Source of the DNA: Adineta vaga
Taxonomy: Eukaryota > Animalia > Rotifera
Assembly: GCA_021613535.1 (NCBI GenBank)
Contig: CP075494.1
Location: forward strand, 13,330,001 to 13,394,000
Reading direction: 5' to 3'
Length of the DNA: 64,000 nt
The position numbers and the translations under genes are program-made. The notes beneath the pieces are model-generated. The model saw only the letters and a list, made by a program, of their open reading frames with translations. It was not told where the DNA came from and searched no databases. This document shows, piece by piece, positions 1 through 10,594 of the stretch. Within the stretch, counting starts at the first letter, position 1, and each line of letters begins with the position of its first letter.

Positions 1-1758
1 GTGTAATTTCACCATTGATAGAATTCATTCAAAAAGATATTCCTGTTACTTTTCTTCGAAATGTTACATGGGTTATCGTTAATCTATGTCGTCACAAAGA
101 TCCACCCTTACCAAACAATTCTGTTCAAGATATTTTACCTGCATTAAAATATCTTCTTTCATTCGTTGACGTTACTGTATGTTGTTTGAAATTTTAGGTT
201 TAACAAATGTCTTATTTGTTTCGATTAGATTCTTGTGGATTGTACATGGGCATTAGCATATCTTCTAGATTCAGGAAATAATATAATTCAAGTAAATTTT
301 TTTTGAAAATAATTTATATTGAATATTAATCATTTGTATTTTAGTTGGTAGTGGAAGCTGGTTTGATACCTCAGATTGTTAAATTATTAAATCATAATGA
401 AATTAAAATCGTTACAGCTGGTAAAATAAAAATGATAATGATTTTAAAATTGTTTTTCTTTATCACTTTTCGTTTAGCTTTAAGAGCTGTTGGAAATGTT
501 GTAACGGGTACAGATGAACAAACACAACTTGTCTTAAATCAAGGAGCTTTGAATTGCTTTTCTAAATTACTCAAACATCCAAAAGATAAACTTAATAAAG
601 TAAGATTAATAACGAAGTCCAGGAATGTACATTGTTTATATTGTTAGAAAGTTCAGGGATAGAATGATAATAGCTAGTTTATATGTCAAGTTAGTCGATG
701 ACGTCATATCTTTTGTTATGATTGTTGACTTCATAACAGATGAAGATTGAATGGATTGATAAAAGGAATGTTCTTTCATCAGTTATCAAGGATAAGAAAA
801 TTTGATATAGGTGAAATCCATTATAATTGTACCTGGATTGTAACCAAATTGAATAATAATAATAATATCAAGAATTGTTGAAGAAAAACTAAATTGAGTT
901 TGCGAATATCTCTCAAAATCTCCTCAATTTCTATTTATCATTATTTTTATCTTAGGAAGCTGTTTGGTTCTTATCAAATATAACAGCAGGCAATCAACAA
1001 CAAGTTCAAGCTGTGATTGATGCTCAACTTATACCTGATGTAATACATCATTTACAACATGTAATTTCATCTAATTTATATTGGAACAAACGACTTTATT
1101 TTTCTGTTTTGTTTTTTTCTCAATAGAGTGAAATTCAGACACAAAAAGAAGCAGCATGGTGTATATCAAATTTAACCATGAGTGGTTCTGTTCAACAAAT
1201 TCAATATGTCGTGCAACAACATATTATTCCTGCCCTCTGGTAAATTTAGGATTTGTTTTTTCGAACTTTTCTCTTCAATAATTTTATCTTCATTTTTAGT
1301 AATCTCTTACAACAACAGGATTCTCAAATTCTACAAGTTTGTCTTGATGCAATACATAATATTCTTAAACAAACTCCTGAAGAAAATCTTGAACCTTTAA
1401 TTACAGAAATTGAAGAATGTGGAGGTAGTAAAATGAAAATATTTCTATTCGTATATATTGGATTTTTTGTTTTTTTTGATAAATCTAGGACTTGATAAAA
1501 TTGAACATCTTCAAACTCATGCAAATAGAGAAATCTATCAGCAATCTTATGAAATTATTGAAAAATATTTTCCAGCAGATAATGTATGTATAATCAGATA
1601 TCTTATCGAGAGAAATGAATGTAATCATGATTTTCTTTCTACATTAGGATGATGATGTATCTTCAATGAGTCAAGTACCACGTAATGAAGAGTTTCCGTT
1701 TGGTAATAATAGTACTAATCAAACTGTACCTGAAACTAATCTTCAATTTAAATTCTAA
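1..1758 (+). CDS. KPNA: Importin subunit alpha (karyopherin alpha, KPNA3/4-like), 3' part, multi-exon
   Basis: ARM-repeat peptides across exons: [89 protein letters not shown]. Last exon ends ...ETNLQFKF* (TAA 1756-1758). The 5' end lies outside the window. Confidence 0.95.
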
Positions 1759-2351
1759 ACTATCATTTCCGAAGCATTTTCAGTTTATTATTATCTACTT
1801 TATTTGTTCTTTCTTTTTTAAATATGCAAACAAAAATGATTTGTTTCTCTTCGTTTGTTTTTATATATATATCATGATGACATAGATCAGGAATCTTTGA
1901 TTTATGTATTTGTTGTTGTCTTTTGCAGATAGTTTCGAGTAAAACTTTAAAAAGAAACAAAGGAATCGAGATCTGTTTATATACTTGCATTTTTGTTGTT
2001 ATTATTATTATTGTTGTTGTTGTTGTTGTTATTTGTATTTCATCTTTTGTTCGTGTGCATGTGCCTTGTTATTTTCAAGAAGTCCGAAGAGTGACATAAA
2101 AAAAACGGATGTACGATGATAAATATTGTTTGTTTTAGTATGCTAATCAAAAGTTAAGAAGAGTGAATTTCTTCATTTCTGAGCAAATTTAGATTGAAAA
2201 ACTAACGAAATTGATGTATGAGTATTTAAATCTTCTTTTATAGTGAATTAGATAGCGATATGCTTTAGAGAAAGATTAAGATATATGAAATATTATAACA
2301 GAGATACAATATAAAAGATTGATTTATATATATATATTTGTTTATTTCTAG

Positions 2352-4848
2352 ATGACTCCTGGCACAAAAAGAACAATCATCACGTCGAAAACGACTGGTC
2401 GACGTTATTTTCTGGTCCGTTCTGCTAATCGACCAAGTGGTCGACGGTATTATGTTTGTACAAATCCAACATGTAAAGCACGTGTATCTCGTGAAGCAGA
2501 TCTGTATTGTAAAGCGTAAGTTACGTTCATTTTCATTAAAAAAATATCTATATATAGAACATATTTCTTCATTATGTTCTAGTCATTTACAAAATCCCTC
2601 AGAAGAACTAGAACATCAACAGGAACCTGAAAGTGAAGATACAGCTGATATCTCAACAAAATCCGATCAAAGTAAATAACGAATCGGTAACTGATTGTTT
2701 TACTATAATGTATATTTTAGTTGATGAAAATGATATTCAAGATAATGGAGAAATCATCGAAGAAGGTACTCCAACAAAAGTAAGAGAAAAAAAATGAAAG
2801 AATTCCTAAAGTCTTTTTCGTCATATCTTTTAGACAAGACAAAGTACTAAAACAGAATCAAGTTCTGCAGAACAGCTCGAAGGAAATGAGAATAATGGTA
2901 TGTAGAGATAAATATCTATTGATTTGAAAATTTTATTCATTTCTTCGATTTCAGATTCTGTGAATAAAGATGATACTGAAGAAGTCAACGGTAATATAAC
3001 AACAGATAATTCAACACCACTTTCACCCAATTCTCAAGTTGGTTAAATGATTATCATTCATACTCCGTGTCTATCTATTTTTATTTAGATAAATCGTCAA
3101 GTTCAAATTGATGAAGTAACAGGTGCACGTTCTTTTCGTGATACATCTGGTCGTCGTCGATATCTCTGTACTCAAGATCCATGTTCAAATATATTACGGC
3201 GACAATCAGATATGTTCTGTCGTTTGTAAGTTATTTGTTCTCGTCAATTTTCCACAAACAATTTATTTACATCTTGTAGACATCTGCCTTCAAAAAAATC
3301 TGATCCTGAAAGTGATAAAACAAGTCGAGCTATAAAACGTCACTCAGTTTCAGATGTAACTGATTCATCTAAGAAGAATCGATATCGTTCACCATTTCAA
3401 ACACCACCACCACCACCACCACTACTACCACCGCCACCAACGACAATCTCATCGTCACTATCAGAAAATGGAACTAATGGAAATCAAACAGAGAAACAAA
3501 AATCAACTAAAAAAGTATTATACTTTTCTTCATACGATCAATTGTTTTACAAATAAATCCTTCTGTTTAGACCAATCCTCCACAACGTACTGGAACAACT
3601 CGATCATTTAGAGATGCTTCAGGAAAACTACGTTTTCTCTGTTCTATTCCAACTTGTCACAGTCGTGTACCGCGACAAAGTGAATTATATTGCAGACGGT
3701 AATAAACTAACATTTTTTCATTTAAATAGACAACTTTTTCTCAAAATTCAGACATACACTTGAAATGCAAACGAAAGAATTGGAAGAAAATGGTTCTCAA
3801 TCACCTAGTACAAATGGAAATACAAATGAAAATAAAGGTAATTAGCTAAATGTTATATCTAAAATATATTATAATTTATTTCATTTTAGTGAATAATAAA
3901 GTTGAACAAATGGACATCCAAGTAAGTTTATAAAGAGAATAATAAATCATTTCGACTAAAATGTATTTTTTTTATTATAAACAATAGAATGAAACGAAAT
4001 CTTCATCTCGTCCATCAACATTTGATGTTACATTACATTCTGAAAGTAAAAAACGTAAACGTGAATCTTCAATACAACATTCATCAATTCCACCAAATGA
4101 AGTACGATATCATCTATTTCTTTGAAAATTTTCTTCCATATTCGAATTCTTTAGATTGTTATTGCCACAACAACTCTACTGGATGATCAATGGGTATGTC
4201 AAGTAAACACTCGAAAAGTTATGAACTCAAAAATTTATTTCGTAGGTTGACGTTCTCTCATTTATTCGTCATTTTCCTCAAGTTCAATTGTCAACAAATT
4301 TAAATGTCAATAATTTAACTACACATCTACTCGTTGATGATAGTGAAAATCAATTACAATGTACCATAACAAAGAAAATTGTTCAAGCTGCTGTTCGTCA
4401 ACATATATTCATTATTTCATCACGTTGGCTAAATGAATGTGTACGTTTGAATACATTCACTGATGAACATCCCTATGAAATTCAAACCGATTCTCATACA
4501 AGTCTTCGCTTATCAAAACAAGATTTAACTCTTACAAATCGATATCTATTTAATCCATCGTCACAGATAGTTCATGCATTTGCTATTGAATGTCGACAAT
4601 GTCAAGGTTCAATAAATCGAAGTGAATTGATTGAATTAATTCAATTAACTGGTGCACAACTATTTCAAATGGAACAAGCTGTTGACATGTTGATTGTTTT
4701 ATGTGATATGAATGATAAAAATCTCAATAAAATTAAAGAAAAATATCTTCAAGCACCAGCATCGAATATCAAATATGTAACAAGTGATTTTTTATTGAAA
4801 TCAATTATAAAATTTGAAATTCAAGATATTGACAAATATTCTTTATGA
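2352..4848 (+). CDS. Multi-exon protein with three C-x4-C-x11-C-x2-H zinc-finger-like motifs, acidic/Pro-rich linkers and a C-terminal tandem BRCT domain
   Basis: ATG 2352 follows tttctag. Motifs CTNPTC-x11-CKAH, CTQDPC-x11-CRLH and CSIPTC-x11-CRRH are assembled across introns. The last exon has BRCT hallmarks (TTHLLV...CTITKK...IISSRWLNEC; ELIELIQLTGA...YVTSDFLLKSI). Confidence 0.8.
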
Positions 4849-5534
4849 AAACAAAGTATATATTTCTAACAACATCTGCTTCTTATTGTTATTATTAACT
4901 AATCGTTGTGTAGTGGTTTTGTTTTTTTTTGTTTTTCTTTCTTTCTTTCTACTTTTCATGTGTGCGTGTGTGTGTATGGTTGTAATTGTTTTGTTTGGAT
5001 GTGAGAAAAAGAAAATATAAAATATAAACTCTGTTGTGAAGTGTCGATGTGTGTGTGTGTGTGTATACAAATAAATCATTTGTGATCTTTTTCTTTCTTA
5101 TTTAGAATTATATTAGTAAGAATGTTCAGATACCACAATCACTCAATTATATCCTTTCAATTCACAAGACATTTAGAACAGGTTTGCAGAGTTTTGGTTT
5201 TTGTTTGATATTTTTCAATCTGTTTCTTTTTGTTGTAGTTAGAATATACATGCTATTCGCTGTATCATAGCAGAAACAAACGTAATTTTCTTTTTCTTTC
5301 TCAAATCGTGACAGAAAACAATTATCCAAATAGATCCATCATTGAATCAACTGATAATTAGATCATATTTCAGCAAGTTTATGAATGTTCACGACATAAT
5401 TTCTAGTATAGATGTGATATTGTAGCAGCTTTGTATAGAAATATCTTTAAATATAAATATCATTCATTTACATAAAACAATCATGTATGTATTTTTTAAC
5501 ACAAAATTATATACTTATTATATTGAATTCTTTC

Positions 5535-5795
5535 AGGATGGACACTTCCATTAGAAATTAGAGAATATATTTCAATAATACCTTTATACATTATTCTCTC
5601 CTACTAAATGCAAAAGATTTACTTCAATATCGCAGACAGTAGATGCATTTACTGTTGAATGTCGACAATGTCATGATTCAATTTAAAAAGTCTGCTTCGT
5701 ATTGTGACTATCAACTAATTGTTGTGTAATATTTATTTATTCTATTTTCGTGTGTATGTGGGTACATATAAATAAATCATTTATAATCTTTTGTC
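5535..5795 (+). pseudogene. Decayed, internally deleted copy of the last exon and 3'UTR of the 2352-4848 gene
   Basis: 5634-5685 (cagacagtagatgcatttactgttgaatgtcgacaatgtca) matches 4563-4615. 5691-5730 matches 4876-4915. 5750-5792 (tgtg...aataaatcattt...atctttt) matches 5050-5092. Confidence 0.75.
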
Positions 5796-6548
5796 ACTTT
5801 TATCCTCACGATCAAATATATATTTATGTATACATTCTTATTTAGATAGTCGATCGGAAAAGAATATACATATTTCTACTTTCTAAATGGTTTAATATAC
5901 GGTATGTCCGATTGAATACGATTTTACATTCAATAGAGATTATGCTTTGTATAATATTCACTTAGATTCTTTTAAATTCTTTCGTTATGATGAGATAGAT
6001 GTGTTTAGTTTTAAGATGAATAAGCATGTAACATATATGATATGAAAGAAAATTTCTTCCTCTATGTTTCTATTATTCTAAAATTACGGGTCCAAAGATT
6101 TGTCATATTTGAACAAAATAATCAAAGAAAAGTTTTTGAAGAGAAGGATGTATCACGGGTGTTCAATTCATTGTTCAGCTCATCATCGTTCGATTCGTAT
6201 ACCCTGTTTAGCTACAAAATATCAATTTAATCCCTTGCCTTGACTTTGTTTTATTACACAATCGACAATATTTTATCTATTTTAACACTAAAATGATTCA
6301 TGTACATATTAATTTATGTTCACACAATGTTTTTATATTGTAAAGATATATATCTAACAAATAAAACAGCGTCTTCTTCTTTTTTCATTCTTATCTAATC
6401 TTTTCATCTATCGATCTAAATAGATAGTTCATATAAAAAATATTCATTTCGAAAAAAGTCATTCTCTATTGAACATTGCGATATGATTTAGATGATATTC
6501 AATGATAACTATCGTCCAATGAAATGTGTTTTCTTTTAGATTATAATT

Positions 6549-7702
6549 ATGATCGCAATCAATAATGACGACAGTGATGATGATGATGAACCTTTCTTTC
6601 GTGTACATTTCGTCCCAGATAAATCAATTCCAATCAAATTTGGTTATTGGGAAGAATATAATCGATTAAAAAAATCTTGGACACGTTATTGTTTGAATTG
6701 TACGAGAAAGGTTTGTAAAGCATCAGGAAGTTTATGTCGATATCATTACAATAAAGAAAACAAAACAAAATCTCAAAAGATGAAGAAAAAAACCAAACGT
6801 CTAGATACAAAAACAAAAAATAGAAAAAAACAAACATCTCCATTCGAAACAAATCATGATATTCAGGTATGACGTTTCTATGAATATATATGATTGATCT
6901 TCGTAAATTTTATTATTTATAGATAGAAAATATTCATAAAGATGAAAATGATAATATAAATGAATCATTGGGAATCGTCATTTCTATTGCATCATCTTTG
7001 AATAGAAAACAAATAGTAAGTAAAACAATCACTTTCAATCTTTTGAATACGAAGAATTTGACAACAAAAACTTTCTTCTAGGCTCAAATCAAAATGTTTA
7101 TTAAGAAATTTCATACTACCTCTCATCCTGTTCAATTTACATGTGAATCTCACCCTGATTATGTTGATAATACTACAACTCATGTGATAACAAATGATTG
7201 CGGATCTTTCACAACCGTTCTATCGAAAGAAATCATTCAGGCATGTATTCATCATATATTTGTTAGTTCAATTCAATGGATCATTTCTTCGATCGAACAA
7301 TCAACGATTCTCGATCATTTTCCTTACGAAATTTTACGTGTTAAATGTGCAATAAAAAATTCCCGTGGTATAAAACAATGTCGTTTTGATAATTTACCTG
7401 TCTTTCCATCATCCTATGTTATATCTGTTGAATGTCATTCAGGTGTTAGATCAATGAAAATGACACGAAATGAATTAGTTGAAATTGTCGAATTATCCGG
7501 TGCTACTTTATATCCTGATCATAATCAAGATCAATCATTAATTGTTTTATGTAATTCGAAAAAAGAAATGTTGAATGTCAAACAACATAATAATGAATTA
7601 TTGACAACGAATGAAAGAACGATCTATTACTGTAAACCAGAATTTCTATTTGATTCAATTGTTAGACATGAAGTACAGACTATTGATGATTATTATTGGT
7701 GA
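6549..7702 (+). CDS. Paralogous CCCH-zinc-finger (C-x2-C-x11-C-x2-H) plus tandem BRCT protein, 3 exons
   Basis: Exons ~6549-6867, 6923-7015 and 7082-7702. Finger CLNCTRKVCKASGSLCRYH. BRCT segments TTHVIT...IFVSSIQWIISSI and ELVEIVELSGA...CKPEFLFDSIV align with the upstream gene. Confidence 0.75.
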
Positions 7703-8072
7703 ATTTTTTGAAATGAAAACAAATAAAATTAGATCAAGTGTTTTTTTTGGTTTATATTTGTGAATTAATAAATTAGTTCATTTTTTTTTCTCTAATTTTC
7801 AGATAATGTCTGGACATTTACAAAAGAACAATGGTATTTAATTTCATCGAATATTTAATTATTTCTAATCATTGGTTCTCATATTTTCCTTATCATTCGA
7901 TATGATGACTCACATTGTATGATAACCTTCATCTAATAATAAGTAGTGAAGCAGAACATGTTTATATGACAATTCTACAGTGACATACAGATCATATTCA
8001 TCGCTATCACATAAGACTTATTATAATATGTTTCAATGTACATGAAGATCTTCTTTTTTTCCTAAATTTTAG

Positions 8073-9059
8073 ATGAATATTAAGCCATCACGTTTAGAAG
8101 TCTTTCCTGATGAACTTTTTCTTGATTTATTTTCTTACATTCCTTCCGCAGAATTATATCATGTATGGCACGGTCTTAATCATCGTTTAAGTGCAATAAT
8201 TCGTTCAGTTCGAATCAGTTTTGATTTAAATGATAACACTGAAAGCAGTATTCAGGCGTTGAATTATTTTTCTCTGCAAATCGTTCATTTACATATTCGC
8301 AATTCTTTCGATGCTCTTAATCTAAGATATTTTCCGAATTTACGTTCATTAATTATTGATACGAAATTAACGAATGAACAACTCGATGCTATTCAACCAA
8401 CTATTTTACCTCATCTTCAACGTTTGACTTTTTCCGAATGGTGGATTCATCGAGAACCATTGAATAACCTCATTTTTCTTCCACATTCATCTAATCATCT
8501 ACCAATCTCATGGTTAAAAGTTTATCACATACCAACGATGCCAAAATGTTTTCTTACACAGTATCAACCATTATCTTATATTCAAACAGCGATTTTCGAT
8601 CGTGTACATCCGTGTAATATTAATATAATTCTATCTTTACTTACTTTATTACGTCGTTTAAAAGTAAATGTCGTACGTTGGATGCCTGATGATGGATTAT
8701 TAAGAGTAATACCACCTATTCGGCAATATAAACATACATGTTTAGTACATTTTGATATAACGATGAATACTTGTGATAAATTAGATGAATTATATCCAAT
8801 TTTATCTTATTTATCTTGTTTAAATCATCTTCATGTTGCTTGCGATAGTTTAACCATAAAAGATTTTAAGCAATTGGCATCAGAATTAAATAAACGATTA
8901 TCAACACTTAAACGATTTACTTGTTCATTTAAACAAACATATATAGACAATATGAAGATATTATATTGCATGTGTCCATTATTTCATCGTATGATATGTA
9001 AAAAAGTCGAATGGGGTGGTGGATGGCATTATTATTGTGTAACAACAAATGATATTTAA
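8073..9059 (+). CDS. F-box domain / LRR-like protein
   Basis: N-terminal LEVFPDELFLDLFSYIP...WHGLNHRL F-box signature, then LRR-like FPNLRSLII and LPHLQRLTF. Single coding exon of 328 aa. Confidence 0.8.
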   Translation: MNIKPSRLEVFPDELFLDLFSYIPSAELYHVWHGLNHRLSAIIRSVRISFDLNDNTESSIQALNYFSLQIVHLHIRNSFDALNLRYFPNLRSLIIDTKLTNEQLDAIQPTILPHLQRLTFSEWWIHREPLNNLIFLPHSSNHLPISWLKVYHIPTMPKCFLTQYQPLSYIQTAIFDRVHPCNINIILSLLTLLRRLKVNVVRWMPDDGLLRVIPPIRQYKHTCLVHFDITMNTCDKLDELYPILSYLSCLNHLHVACDSLTIKDFKQLASELNKRLSTLKRFTCSFKQTYIDNMKILYCMCPLFHRMICKKVEWGGGWHYYCVTTNDI

Positions 9060-9388
9060 AAGAATCAAATACTCCGGTGTTTTAATTATATTCATCTTTC
9101 GAATATTTCTGCATGTTAATGAGAGAAATTTTATTTTTATTTATAGAACAAATAAATAAATAAATAACTACATTTGTCCTTATCAAATATTCTATGACAC
9201 GCTTTGGATCATTCATTGTTTTTTTTACATAATTACAATTATTATCTGTATATTTTCATTGGCTATCATCTAGAAAAACAAACGACATTACATACGTGAT
9301 AGAGAGAGAAAAAAACGATTTGTTCTTGAAGAACAGGTTTTTATATAAATACGATACTAAATTTCGTGTTTTGTCGTTATTCATAAAT

Positions 9389-9639
9389 ATGTCGAGTGAT
9401 AAACAATCTTGGCCTGAACTGATCGGTAAACCAGTTGATGAAGCAATTGAAATAATAAAAAAGGAAAATTCGAGTAAGAAGATAATTTCAATTGATAAGA
9501 ATTCAATTTCAAATTTATAGATTTGGATGTAATTAAATTAAAAGAAGGTTCACCAGTAACAGAGGATTTTCGAAGTAATCGTGTACGTGTTTTCTTCAAT
9601 AAAGATGGAAATGTATCATCAACACCAACAATTGCCTGA
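9389..9639 (+). CDS. Potato inhibitor I family (MEROPS I13, eglin c/CI-2-like) serine protease inhibitor
   Basis: Exons 9389-9473 and 9521-9639 give [67 protein letters not shown], with the WPELIG, PVTxDF and NRVRVF signatures. Confidence 0.93.
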
Positions 9640-9925
9640 ATCGGACTATTTTCATATCTAACTAGTACATTGATGCATCACATTTTTGTATTCCTTCCAT
9701 ATTCTTTTCTTCTGAATCAATAATAATAATACTACTCTTTTCTACAAATTTAATCAGAATGGATATTAACGATCTTTCTATTCATACAAAATATCCTTAG
9801 CATTTCTTAATAGTTAATTAGCTATCAAGTCGTATGATGCAGATACGTGTGTATTATAATGTTTGTTTTGAGAAAGAAAAACAAATATCATTGATTAGTT
9901 TTTATAAAGAAACGGAAAAACAAAG

Positions 9926-10114
9926 ATATCAAGTAAAAGTATAAATTCTGGCCTCGATTGTTCGATATAACAGTGAATGAAATCGTTGCAACTCTTCAAC
10001 AAGAAAATCAACGTAAACAGATAGGATGTCTCTCTCTCTGGAGATTTAAACATGCAAAAATCTTGTATATTGCATAGTTATAATCGTGTACGTATCTTTG
10101 ATGATGACAACTGA
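9926..10114 (+). pseudogene. Degenerate tandem copy of the I13 inhibitor gene
   Basis: Reads KFWPRLFDITVNEIVATLQQENQ with a GT donor at the same position as the intact gene, then YNRVRIFDDDN*. The start looks mutated (ATA TCA AGT vs ATG TCG AGT) and the reactive loop is not recognisable. Confidence 0.65.
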
Positions 10115-10594
10115 CTTAATTCAAAAGTGATTTCATATGTAATTCTTAAAATAATCGTTTAACTATTTTCACGTGTTATTCAATTTTAAATTGAAAACGT
10201 TTCATTGAGCAAATCTTCTTAACATGTTTTATTTTCACAGTGAAATACAATACGATGCGTTTTGTTTTTCTTGTGAAATGAACTTTTAAGATTCTCGAGT
10301 TTCTATTTTAAAATTAATGTATATTAAAGAGGATGATGATACTTCCTTTTTTTTGTTCATCGGAAAACAAGAGGAAAAAAATTGAACAATGACGCACAAC
10401 TATATTCACTCATATACTTCATAGAAGCTATCAAATTGAATAAATAATAATGCAAATATTTTCTTCTTCAGAAATATCTAGCAACGTCAGGTTTCTTTTT
10501 CCCTAGCAAATATTTGTTGTTAAATAATTGAAGAATTCTTTCTTCTTTTGTGAGTTATCATTTCAAAAAAATTTATTTAAATTGTAGGAGAGAA

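Noticed and set aside
600-955. Unusually long importin intron with a partial inverted repeat (tccagg...cctgga), considered as a MITE or snoRNA
   Set aside because: The match is short and gapped, with no clear TSD and no C/D or H/ACA box pair.
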